A DNA stretch of 37,811 bases from an uncultured Candidatus Peribacteria bacterium (GTDB taxonomy: Bacteria > Patescibacteriota > Gracilibacteria > Peribacterales > Peribacteraceae). Below the pieces are notes generated by a model. That model had not been told where the DNA came from. It made no database searches and worked only from the letters and a program-made list of their open reading frames with translations. Shown piece by piece: positions 16,078 to 23,913 of the stretch; positions within the stretch are counted from its first letter, which is position 1; every line of letters starts with the position of its first letter. Location of the stretch: assembly GCA_964471125.1 (NCBI GenBank), contig CAYYFD010000001.1:1-37811 (forward strand). The letters are read 5' to 3'. The position numbers and the translations under genes were made by a program.

Positions 16078-17058
16078 TCAAGCAGTGTGGACCAATGCAA
16101 CATCCTCTTCAGCAAACTCACCAACAAGCTCCGCTAGGACATCCTCCAGAGTCACAAGGCCAATGGTCCTTTTCTGATCGATAACCATAGCAAGCTGCGC
16201 AGTGCTTTTTCGAAGAACATTGAGGAGTTCATCACAGGGAAACGCGGCATCAACCGTGAGAAGTTTGCGCGATAATGTTATCACCAACTGGTCGCCCTTA
16301 CCGCCAGCCAGAGCCTCAAGAAGATCCATACTCAAGACATACCCGCGGATATCATCCAAAGACTTGCCAATGACGGGGTAGCGGGAATAGTGGTTTGCGA
16401 ATATCAGCGCTGCAGCCTGGCGGATCGTAGATACACTGGATATGGAAACGATCTTTCCTACAGGAGTCATAATCTCCTGAGCTTTTTTGTCGTTTAATTT
16501 AAATGCACGGTGAATCCATTCACGCTCGTCTACATCAATGTGCCCTTCGCCGCCGCCAATATTCGCAAGAGCCCTGATCTGATCCTCTGTTCCCACCTTT
16601 CGTTTGCCAGACTTAAATAACCGCACAAAACGCTCCAGTGCGACCACAAGCGGGTAGAGCAGTGTGATGAGCACGAGAAGAAACGGAGCTACCCTACGGC
16701 TGATGCGAGGAGCATGATGCGCGCCAAGGGATTTTGGAATAATTTCCGAGAAGATGATCGTTGCAAACGTAAGCACCGCCGTCACGTAGCCGATCGCCTC
16801 ACTGCCATAGAGATCAATCGCTTTCTTTGCCGCGAGAATAGGCCCCAGAATATTGGTGACATTGGTGAGGATGACGATGACGATGATCGCCCTCGTCGTG
16901 TGATGCAGCAGTTTTTTCAGTTCCCTTGCGCCCCATTTCTTTTTGGAGATAAGCACTTCCACTTCTGCCGGTGTCACATTGAGCACTGCCGCATCGATCA
17001 TGGCCAGAGAGCCAGAAACGACGGTAAACCCTAGAATCACCAAAAGAAGATCAATCAT
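16078..17058 (-). CDS. CNNM/CorC-type transporter (DUF21 membrane domain + CBS pair)
   Basis: N-terminal DUF21-like TM region (MIDLLLVILGFTVVSGSLAM...SEIIPKSLG), followed by tandem CBS-like segments. No C-terminal CorC_HlyC domain is visible. Confidence 0.85.
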   Translation of the reverse strand: MIDLLLVILGFTVVSGSLAMIDAAVLNVTPAEVEVLISKKKWGARELKKLLHHTTRAIIVIVILTNVTNILGPILAAKKAIDLYGSEAIGYVTAVLTFATIIFSEIIPKSLGAHHAPRISRRVAPFLLVLITLLYPLVVALERFVRLFKSGKRKVGTEDQIRALANIGGGEGHIDVDEREWIHRAFKLNDKKAQEIMTPVGKIVSISSVSTIRQAAALIFANHYSRYPVIGKSLDDIRGYVLSMDLLEALAGGKGDQLVITLSRKLLTVDAAFPCDELLNVLRKSTAQLAMVIDQKRTIGLVTLEDVLAELVGEFAEEDVALVHTA

Positions 17059-17102
17059 GAAAAGTGATTATAGAGCTAACCTATGCACTAATCCATGTAA
17101 CT

Positions 17103-17549
17103 CTATTTCTCCGCTCCCACTTCCACAGCAAGATCCGCGCTCACACCGGAGAGATCCACCTGCACAGTGAATGCACCGAGAGCTTTGATCGGTGAACTGA
17201 TCGTGATGTCGGCATCCTTGGCCTCGATCTTCAGCTGTGCCAGCATCGCCTCCACAATCTGCTTCTCCGTAATTGCTGCGTAGAGCTTGCCAGTTTTCGT
17301 CGTCTTTCTGAGCAGTGAAATCTTCTTGCCTAGAAGCACAGAAGCTGCCGAAGTCGCAGCTGCACGCTCGAGGGCTTTCTCCTCTGCGCGCCTACGGATG
17401 ACCTCCGCATAACGCTTACGAACGGTCGGTGTAGCTACCAGTGCCTTCCTGTGCGGAAGCAAGCAGTTGAGCGCATATCCGTCACCCACGACGAGGACGT
17501 CGTTCTTCTTTCCGATGCCGGGGATGTCTTGGAGGAGGATAACTTCCAT
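17103..17549 (-). CDS. rplI: 50S ribosomal protein L9
   Basis: MEVILLQDIPGIGKKNDVLVVGDGYALNCLLPHRKA. The ORF's TTG at 17555 is trimmed to the ATG at 17549. Confidence 0.9.
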   Translation of the reverse strand: MEVILLQDIPGIGKKNDVLVVGDGYALNCLLPHRKALVATPTVRKRYAEVIRRRAEEKALERAAATSAASVLLGKKISLLRKTTKTGKLYAAITEKQIVEAMLAQLKIEAKDADITISSPIKALGAFTVQVDLSGVSADLAVEVGAEK

Positions 17550-17570
17550 GGTCAAGTAAAAAGCCGAGAG

Positions 17571-17599
17571 AGTTTAGACGGTCAAATCGCTTTCGTCAA
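17571..17599 (-). promoter_or_regulatory. promoter candidate for rplI (TTGACG-17-TAAACT)
   Basis: On the minus strand, TTGACG at 17599-17594, 17-nt spacer, TAAACT at 17576-17571. Lies about 21 nt upstream of the ATG. Confidence 0.3.
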
Positions 17600-17659
17600 C
17601 CCCACTTTACCCAAGGCGAAATTTGGTCTCTATTGGTGAATAGCACAGTGATTATGACT

Positions 17660-19912
17660 CTAGGCAGCCCCACGGAGGAGCCAAGGGAAGAAGGACCACC
17701 ACGAAACATCTTCCAGTAACCTTCGCTCCTTGCGGACGAACCAGCGCTGGAGAGTAAGAAAGCGATCCGAGTGTAAGGACAGCGTGCCGAGAGATACCCC
17801 GGAAACATCGGGGCTTACGGCAAAGGTATAGAGGGGGGAGTACAGGAAGATCGCGGGAACATCTGCAGCCAGCATGCGCCGCAGGTCTTCCAGAGCACTC
17901 TGGCGTTCGCGTTCATTCGTTGTTTCCCGAATGGTTTCGAGGAGATGATCACTCTTCTGTGATGCATACTGCGAAAGGTTGTAGGCGTCGAGTCGCAGAT
18001 TAGCGATGCCCCCTTTGGACTTCTGTACGCCGGAACTGTGCCAGTAAGGATAGCTGTCGAGGTTATCGAGCAATGACTGGCCGAAGAGCAGTACATCGTA
18101 ATCGCGCCGGAGCATCCGCTGTTCAAACTCATCGGCAGTGGATGGAATATCAACCGAAACGAGAACTCCCAGATTACGCCAATGCTTTGCCACATTTTCC
18201 GCGACTGTGCGGTAGGAAGGAGGACTAGGGCTTGTTAGAAGCCGGAGGGAAAGCTGCTCGCCCTGATCGTTGACGCGGATATCGTGCGCATCCGTCGGAA
18301 GCCTGCGACGAAGTATGCCCTGTTCCAGTGTCAAATTACTGACGCCAAGCTTTTTGTCCTTGGGAACATCCTCGGATTTCGACGCAAGGAACTGATTGAT
18401 GAGGCGCTGCTCCTCGGTGGCCTTGCGGTACTGCGTGACATTCGATGTTCTCCAGACGTACGTGGAGTCGATGATGTTGCCGTTACTCTTCTTCACCAGT
18501 CGTATGAGATTGACGCCCATGGAAAGCGACCCGCTGGATGTATCCGTACGCAGCGTCACGATCCATGCTCCCGACTGTGACGGATGGCGTTGAAGTGGAA
18601 CACCATTGAGCTCTGCACCCGTACCTGCAAGGGACAGTGATCCTGTGACCGTCAGTACAGCACCGGTATCCATCAATACAACAGGTGCGATATGCAGAGG
18701 GCCGGTGGCATTCGCCTCGCGCTGCTCAAGAAGGCGCTGCAGACGAACTTTCTCGGGCAGGTTCCAGTTGGACTCAAAGAGCGCACCCTGCGCGGCCGAG
18801 GGATCGAAGTGATACCGCCAGTCCGATGTGTCGATTGCGAGAAGGGGAGTATCGACGATCATGCTTTCCTTCGCGGATTCCATGATCTGCTGCTTGTTGG
18901 TTCCAAGCTGGAGCCCCAACCGCAGATTGCGATCCTGCAGCATGGGCCGGTCCAGATTGAAAAAGAGTGCGACGTACTGGGGAAGCGTGTAGCGGTGCAA
19001 AACAAATTTCTGCGGAATAATGGGGTCGCCCTGCGCATTGCGGGGCACAACACGCACGCCGTCCAGATTTCGTACGTCTGTAAGAAGCGTCCCGTAGTCG
19101 GGGAAGATGCGGAGGATGATCCGCTCGAGGAAGTATGTCTGATCACCCGGCCGTGCAAATCGCTGCAGAGTGACTTCCGAGCTACGTTCGGTCTGCACGA
19201 AGCTCTTGAAGGAATACGGACCCGCGCCTGTCGGCTGGAGCCCGAAGTCTGTTGTTTCACGCAACTTGCGTACGGGAATACCTTCAAAGGAACGGCGCGG
19301 GAGAATACCGATGGTAAGATTACTCGGGAAAAAACTATACGACTGCTCCAGATTGAAACGTACGGTGCGTGCATCGATCTTCTCCACGTTCACCCCCTCA
19401 AAGTTCTGACGCAGAATCGGATTTGGGAAATCCGGATCCTGAATCGTTTTGAAGGTAAAAAGAACATCTTCAGGGGTAACAGGATGCGGATGCTCCGGAG
19501 TGGAGTCGTGCCACAGTAGCCCCTCACGGAGCGTCAGGGTGTAGATGCGCGAATCCGGACTGACGCGCATGGTTGCAAGATCCGGCTCGATAAGCTTGGT
19601 CTCCGGGTTGTAACGCAGAAGTCCCGAGAACACGAGGGAGACGATATCGCGGTTCACGTCATTTTGAACGGTAAACCAAGGATTCAGCGGCTGGAACTCC
19701 CCAACAGATCCCTCAATGTAGGTGCCTCCTTTTGTCGGAGTCAGCTCCGAATGCGCAAGGAAGAACCTGCGCGCGAGGAGGAGGAAGCTTACAAGAAAAA
19801 GCCCGATGAGCACCGCAAGCACCATGCGTTCATGTCGTCTCGCCAGAGAATAGAATCGGTAAAGGTGTTCCAAAGTTGAAGGGCCGCGGCAGTATACGCG
19901 AACCGTGGGCAT
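17660..19912 (-). CDS. ABC-type family-5 (peptide/nickel) solute-binding protein, TM-anchored, enlarged
   Basis: SBP_bac_5-like GGTYIEGSVGEFQPLNPWF...LVFSGLLRYNPETKLIEPDLA. N-terminal TM helix MVLAVLIGLFLVSFLLLA. At 750 aa it is larger than the usual size of about 520 aa. No permease or ATPase gene is adjacent. Confidence 0.8.
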   Translation of the reverse strand: MPTVRVYCRGPSTLEHLYRFYSLARRHERMVLAVLIGLFLVSFLLLARRFFLAHSELTPTKGGTYIEGSVGEFQPLNPWFTVQNDVNRDIVSLVFSGLLRYNPETKLIEPDLATMRVSPDSRIYTLTLREGLLWHDSTPEHPHPVTPEDVLFTFKTIQDPDFPNPILRQNFEGVNVEKIDARTVRFNLEQSYSFFPSNLTIGILPRRSFEGIPVRKLRETTDFGLQPTGAGPYSFKSFVQTERSSEVTLQRFARPGDQTYFLERIILRIFPDYGTLLTDVRNLDGVRVVPRNAQGDPIIPQKFVLHRYTLPQYVALFFNLDRPMLQDRNLRLGLQLGTNKQQIMESAKESMIVDTPLLAIDTSDWRYHFDPSAAQGALFESNWNLPEKVRLQRLLEQREANATGPLHIAPVVLMDTGAVLTVTGSLSLAGTGAELNGVPLQRHPSQSGAWIVTLRTDTSSGSLSMGVNLIRLVKKSNGNIIDSTYVWRTSNVTQYRKATEEQRLINQFLASKSEDVPKDKKLGVSNLTLEQGILRRRLPTDAHDIRVNDQGEQLSLRLLTSPSPPSYRTVAENVAKHWRNLGVLVSVDIPSTADEFEQRMLRRDYDVLLFGQSLLDNLDSYPYWHSSGVQKSKGGIANLRLDAYNLSQYASQKSDHLLETIRETTNERERQSALEDLRRMLAADVPAIFLYSPLYTFAVSPDVSGVSLGTLSLHSDRFLTLQRWFVRKERRLLEDVSWWSFFPWLLRGAA

Positions 19913-19941
19913 GAGCGAAGGTGATCGCTGCTTTTTTGGAG

Positions 19942-20154
19942 CTACACGTACCAGCGAATGATTGCCAACGCGAAGAAGGCTACGGAAAGCCAGACACTGA
20001 CATGATACAGCATCTTTTCCGCTCCGCGACGCTGTACGTAGGTGGATCCCGATCCTCCGAAGGTAGCAGAAAGTCCGGAAGCCCTATGCTGCAGGAGAAT
20101 ACTGATGGAAAGGGTGATTGCGATGGCAACGTGGAGGATGACGATGGCTTGCAT
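19942..20154 (-). CDS. secG: preprotein translocase subunit SecG
   Basis: 70 aa with two TM helices and the SecG-like central motif LLQHRASGLSATFGGSGS. ORF trimmed to the ATG at 20154. Confidence 0.8.
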   Translation of the reverse strand: MQAIVILHVAIAITLSISILLQHRASGLSATFGGSGSTYVQRRGAEKMLYHVSVWLSVAFFALAIIRWYV

Positions 20155-20212
20155 ACGATAGTTGTACCAAATCATTGGATATTCAGCCAGAGAAAAGAGA
20201 GAATAAGGATAT

Positions 20213-20259
20213 GGGCGCCTAGCTCAGTTGGGTCGAGTACCGCTTTGCGGGACGAGCCA
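20213..20259 (+). pseudogene. decayed 5' half of a tRNA-Val copy
   Basis: GGGCGCCTAGCTCAGTTGG (20213-20231) is identical to positions 1-19 of the intact tRNA-Val 99 nt downstream. The D arm continues in diverged form (gTcGAGtAcC vs tTaGAGcAtC). There is no T arm or 3' acceptor strand. Confidence 0.65.
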
Positions 20260-20311
20260 TAAAAAAACGCATGCTCGATCTTCACTCTTGTTGTATGATC
20301 GCCTTACTTCA

Positions 20312-20388
20312 GGGCGCCTAGCTCAGTTGGTTAGAGCATCTCGTTTACACCGAGAGGGTCGAGGGTTCGAATCCCCCGGCGCCCACCA
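20312..20388 (+). tRNA. tRNA-Val (anticodon UAC)
   Basis: GGGCGCC-TA-GCTC-AGTTGGTTA-GAGC-A-TCTCG-TTTACAC-CGAGA-GGGTC-GAGGG-TTCGAAT-CCCCC-GGCGCCC-A-CCA. There is one A50/C64 mismatch in the T stem. Confidence 0.93.
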
Positions 20389-20446
20389 TTCGACTCGTCG
20401 ACGTTAGATTCAACGTTGCTTGCGAAACACTCGCTTTAATAAATAA

Positions 20447-20471
20447 AGCCGCTCCATTGAGTGAAGCGGCT
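20447..20471 (-). terminator. intrinsic terminator for the 160-aa gene
   Basis: 7-bp stem AGCCGCT/AGCGGCT with an 11-nt loop. On the minus strand it is followed by TTATTTATT, and it lies 16 nt after the stop codon. Confidence 0.5.
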
Positions 20472-20486
20472 AAAAATATTGTCTTA

Positions 20487-20969
20487 TTACATGTCCATCA
20501 GCGTTTTAATACGCCTTGCATTGTTTTCACGAATCCGATCTTGAAAGGCTTGAGAATCTGCACTTGAATTTTGCTGCTTAGTAGCCTCCAGTCCTTTAAC
20601 CGTCTCAAAAATGACCTTGTTCCAAGCCGACTCAGCATCATCATCCTGTCCGTGGATAAAGCCAGATTCCTGACCATCAAGGTAATAATACTGGATGCCA
20701 TTAATGATATGCACCTCAATATTGTGCCCATTCGACGCTATCTGCACTACCCCATTGACAGGGTATCCTTGGGGATTATTTTCAATTGCTTTCTTGACTG
20801 TCACAGTCCTCCCGCCGGCTTGTATTTGCTCCCCCTCAGCCATATGTACACAAGCATCCAGAAGCTTTCCGCTCAAATCTAGAGGCAGGTTGAGATAAAG
20901 TTTATCGTTCCACTCCTGATCTACTACAGGCTTAGGTGAAAGTGATCTGACTTCATTTTCTGGATCCAT
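20487..20969 (-). CDS. hypothetical protein (160 aa) in AT-rich islet
   Basis: Clean ORF with its own consensus promoter and terminator. Visibly more AT-rich than the surrounding genes. No family recognised. Confidence 0.55.
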   Translation of the reverse strand: MDPENEVRSLSPKPVVDQEWNDKLYLNLPLDLSGKLLDACVHMAEGEQIQAGGRTVTVKKAIENNPQGYPVNGVVQIASNGHNIEVHIINGIQYYYLDGQESGFIHGQDDDAESAWNKVIFETVKGLEATKQQNSSADSQAFQDRIRENNARRIKTLMDM

Positions 20970-21000
20970 ATGACAAGTGGGAAAATATTAGATTGTATAT

Positions 21001-21029
21001 ATTATACTATAATATGCTGACTATATCAA
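21001..21029 (-). promoter_or_regulatory. consensus sigma70 promoter (TTGATA-17-TATAAT) for the 160-aa gene
   Basis: On the minus strand, TTGATA at 21029-21024, 17-nt spacer, TATAAT at 21006-21001. Lies about 31 nt upstream of the ATG at 20969. Confidence 0.5.
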
Positions 21030-21037
21030 ATAGTTAC

Positions 21038-21054
21038 TTTCAGTATTACTGAAA
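21038..21054. promoter_or_regulatory. perfect 8+1+8 palindrome TTTCAGTA-T-TACTGAAA (candidate operator)
   Basis: Read directly from the sequence. Sits between the two divergent promoters, 8 nt outside the -35 of the minus-strand promoter. Confidence 0.35.
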
Positions 21055-21092
21055 TTGATTCTATTCAGCCAATAGCTATGTTATATATATAC

Positions 21093-21121
21093 TTGACATA
21101 TTATAATACTAGACGTATATT
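21093..21121 (+). promoter_or_regulatory. sigma70-like promoter (TTGACA-17-TATATT) for the DUF11 surface protein gene
   Basis: TTGACA at 21093-21098, 17-nt spacer, TATATT at 21116-21121. Lies 30 nt upstream of the ATG at 21152. Confidence 0.5.
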
Positions 21122-21151
21122 CACTTCCCAATTTACGTACCCCACTTACGG

Positions 21152-22600
21152 ATGATCCTCTCCCTTCGTATGCGCACTCTGGCGATTCTCGCAGTTGCTG
21201 CGCTGTCCGTATCGACTCTACAGACGCTCTCTATTGGAGTGGAGCCGTCGTTGGCACAAACATTCGCCTGCAACGATGGAGTGGATAATGATCATGACAG
21301 CCAGACGGACTTTCCGATTGACGGTGGATGCGAAGGCGCACTAGACCAAAACGAGGGCCCCGGTATCTACGCAGACCGCGATCCGAGAAATGTTCCCGAG
21401 CGGAATTACCCTCCGGTGATCATCACCGTTACGGACGGACGGGAGTTTGCAGAGCCTCAGGAAATTCTTCACTACGACATCACCATTAGCAATCCTACCA
21501 ATACAGACCGCACCGTTGCCCTGCGTGCCATGGTGCCGAGCGAACTATCGCTTGAGGCAATAACCGGCGATCCCGTCATCGATGGACGTTCCATCCTCTG
21601 GCCGGAAGTCCTCGTAGCGGCAGGGGAGTCACAGACGTTCGGCCTCGCCGCACGTATTGCCCAAGGTACTCCGGATCTCCAGCCGATCAGACTGCGTGCG
21701 TATGCCGGAGAGGCAATTGGAACGGACACGACAAGTATTTACAGGGGCGTTGTCCCTGCAGCATTCGCCATTACTGTATCTGATGGCATTGCTATGGCGG
21801 CTCCCGGTGATGAGCTGGATTACACCATCGTGATCAGTAATCAGGAGACCAAGCTTGCAACGGAAGTCGATGTCCACGCAGCCCTCCCGCAATACACAGA
21901 ATTCGTTGCTGCAGATGAGGGTGGAAGCTGGACAGGAAAAAGCATTTACTGGACGGGACTCACTGTAAGCCCGAAGGGGGAGCGCATTCTCCATGTCCGT
22001 CTACGCGTCCGTAGCGATGCGCCTTTGGGAACATCCATTCAGTTCGTCGCATCCACGAAGGGTCACCAAGGTGTGGACCGCACCGATGTGGGAACGGATT
22101 CCGACAAACAGCCCAAGGAGGTGCAGGGTTCGAAGATCGTTCTGCGCAAAAGTGCTGACCGCTCCGAAGTTCGCCCGGGCGAGAACATCACCTATACCGT
22201 CTATCTGCGCAATACGACAGATGCGGAGATTCGCAACGTGATCATCGAAGACCGTCTCGATCAGCGCTATATGAGAGTAGTATCCGGCGATGCAGGTGCG
22301 CTGCAGGGCGATCGTATCGTCTGGACTCTGGAGAGTCTCGCCCCCGGCCAGAGCTGGCAGGCCAGTTACACGGTTTCGATTGCCGAGGATACGCCTCACG
22401 GCGAAGCACTTTTGAACATCGTCAGCGTCAGCGGCGAAGGCATGGAGGATATGTCGCTTACACAGCGGGTCTTTACAGCACAGATCAATGTCGTCTCCAG
22501 AATGCCTCCGACAGGAGCTCCGCTTCTGGATCTTCTCTTCCTGACTATTACCGGTATCGGTGCTGCAGTCCCTGCAGGGCTTAGGCGCAGGAAGCTCTAA
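21152..22600 (+). CDS. secreted DUF11-repeat surface protein with LPXTG-like (MPPTG) sorting signal
   Basis: Signal peptide MRTLAILAVAALSVSTL. Cys-flanked Asp-rich motif CNDGVDNDHDSQTDFPIDGGC. At least three DUF11-type repeats (ILHYDITISN, ELDYTIVISN, NITYTVYLRN). The C-terminus is MPPTG plus a hydrophobic helix plus RRRKL. Confidence 0.75.
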   Translation: MILSLRMRTLAILAVAALSVSTLQTLSIGVEPSLAQTFACNDGVDNDHDSQTDFPIDGGCEGALDQNEGPGIYADRDPRNVPERNYPPVIITVTDGREFAEPQEILHYDITISNPTNTDRTVALRAMVPSELSLEAITGDPVIDGRSILWPEVLVAAGESQTFGLAARIAQGTPDLQPIRLRAYAGEAIGTDTTSIYRGVVPAAFAITVSDGIAMAAPGDELDYTIVISNQETKLATEVDVHAALPQYTEFVAADEGGSWTGKSIYWTGLTVSPKGERILHVRLRVRSDAPLGTSIQFVASTKGHQGVDRTDVGTDSDKQPKEVQGSKIVLRKSADRSEVRPGENITYTVYLRNTTDAEIRNVIIEDRLDQRYMRVVSGDAGALQGDRIVWTLESLAPGQSWQASYTVSIAEDTPHGEALLNIVSVSGEGMEDMSLTQRVFTAQINVVSRMPPTGAPLLDLLFLTITGIGAAVPAGLRRRKL

Positions 22601-22623
22601 AGAAACCTTTTAAGGATTTTTAG

Positions 22624-22652
22624 AAAAAGACGCCGTATACCGGCGTCTTTTT
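22624..22652. terminator. bidirectional intrinsic terminator
   Basis: AAAAA-GACGCCG-tatac-CGGCGTC-TTTTT lies between the convergent genes ending at 22600 (+) and 22675 (-). Confidence 0.7.
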
Positions 22653-22674
22653 ACTATGTACCTGAGCCCTTTTA

Positions 22675-22992
22675 CTATTTCATAGACTCAAAGATTTGCG
22701 TCATGATATCTACAATAGTGGAGAAGTCGAGATCGAAAGGTATGTCGAGCAAGCGGGCGATGAAAGAAACGATAAAGTAAGCGATAAAGGAAACAAACAA
22801 GCCGATAATGGAGTAGCGGATGGTGTGCACAGCCTTGCGGATCTTTTCCTCGTTTCCCGCCGAGAGAATGAAGGTAATGCCTCCGACGATGATGAAGATA
22901 AGACACAGCACTGTTGCAAAAATAAGCGCTAGGGCCACAAAGGTTGCAACTACTTCCACAACACTGGAATTTTCAAGGAGTTCTCTCAGCAT
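22675..22992 (-). CDS. small two-TM protein resembling T4SS/TrbC-VirB2-type pilin of CPR bacteria
   Basis: 105 aa. IIVGGITFILSAGNEEKIRKAVHTIRYSIIGLFVSFIAYFIV matches the remembered GG-x-x-Y/F-I-x-S-x-GN-x-E-x(3)-KA-x(3)-I-x(3)-IIGL pattern of that pilin family. Confidence 0.5.
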   Translation of the reverse strand: MLRELLENSSVVEVVATFVALALIFATVLCLIFIIVGGITFILSAGNEEKIRKAVHTIRYSIIGLFVSFIAYFIVSFIARLLDIPFDLDFSTIVDIMTQIFESMK

Positions 22993-23007
22993 AAAAATGG
23001 GGGAATG

Positions 23008-23277
23008 CTATGAAACCGGTTCTAAAATCTTGAGGTTGATGCGCTGCTTTGCATTCCCTCCGATGATCCGCAGCAGCGTGCGGAGTGCCTTCACTGTCTG
23101 GCCTGCCTTGCCGATAAGCTTTCCCATATCACGGTCGCTGACTTTCACCGTATGGAGTACGCCAAGATCATCCACCGTGGAGGTGATGTCGAGCTGGTCC
23201 TTGTCTTCGACAATGCTCTCAAGAACATAGCGCAGAAAGGAAAGGCCGGGGTGTTCTGTCGTTGTCATAACAAGCAC
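23008..23277 (-). CDS. KH-domain RNA-binding protein (UPF0109/YlqC family)
   Basis: GKLIGKAGQTVKALRTLL is a GXXG KH motif. It occupies the conserved position immediately downstream of rpsP. Confidence 0.8.
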   Translation of the reverse strand: MLVMTTTEHPGLSFLRYVLESIVEDKDQLDITSTVDDLGVLHTVKVSDRDMGKLIGKAGQTVKALRTLLRIIGGNAKQRINLKILEPVS

Positions 23278-23327
23278 ATGCTATACCCAAAAGCTCTGCA
23301 GATGAAAGGCTATTTCTCTTCCCACGA

Positions 23328-23771
23328 CTACGCAGCAGGAGCCTCGGTGGCAGCTGCCACAGGAGCTTCAGGTGCAGATACGGCAGGAGTTTCGGCTACA
23401 GAAGGTACAGGTGTAGCAGGAGCCTCGGGTGCAGATGGTGCAGGTGCAGCAGAAGCTACCGGAGCAGCGGGCGCTGCTTCTTCCTCGTTCTTTGAGCGCT
23501 TCTTCGTATAGCGGGTGATGTACTTCTCCATCCCCTTAACGCCGTTTTTAGAAAAAAGGCGTGCCGTGGTATTGCTGACGGAAGATCCTTTGGAAATCCA
23601 ATGAGCGATCCGCTCCTTCTTCAGTTCCACAACAGGAGGATTGGCTGCCGGGAGGTAATGCCCGAGAAGCTCAAGGATGCCACCCTTCACCGGACGTGCC
23701 TTCTCGGCAACGACGATACGGTAGGTGGGGAGGTTTTCCCGGCCGGTGCGCTGGAGACGAATGATGAGCAT
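23328..23771 (-). CDS. rpsP: 30S ribosomal protein S16 with Ala/Pro-rich C-terminal extension
   Basis: MLIIRLQRTGRENLPTYRIVVAEKARPVKGGILELLGHY. ORF 23328..23960 trimmed to the ATG at 23771. Tail: EEEAAPAAPVASAAPAPSAPEAPATPVPSVAETPAVSAPEAPVAAATEAPAA. Confidence 0.9.
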   Translation of the reverse strand: MLIIRLQRTGRENLPTYRIVVAEKARPVKGGILELLGHYLPAANPPVVELKKERIAHWISKGSSVSNTTARLFSKNGVKGMEKYITRYTKKRSKNEEEAAPAAPVASAAPAPSAPEAPATPVPSVAETPAVSAPEAPVAAATEAPAA

Positions 23772-23800
23772 AGGGATGTCAGACGCGAAATTGCCCGAGG

Positions 23801-23828
23801 AGTGTAGCAATTGCCACGCCCTGCGCAA
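23801..23828 (-). promoter_or_regulatory. promoter candidate for rpsP (TTGCGC-16-TACACT)
   Basis: On the minus strand, TTGCGC at 23828-23823, 16-nt spacer, TACACT at 23806-23801. Lies about 30 nt upstream of the ATG. Confidence 0.3.
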
Positions 23829-23913
23829 GCGAAATATGCAGCCTTCTTGTACGTGTAACCTCCGGAATGCCGGTAAATGACACCGGATCCGAACCTTCGC
23901 CTGAGGCAGACGC

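Noticed and set aside
18692-19519. 275-aa plus-strand ORF
   Set aside because: Antisense within the family-5 SBP gene, with no motifs.
20213-20259. Upstream tRNA-Val-like sequence as a functional tRNA
   Set aside because: Only the acceptor 5' strand and D arm are present. I could not form an anticodon stem, T arm or complementary 3' acceptor strand.
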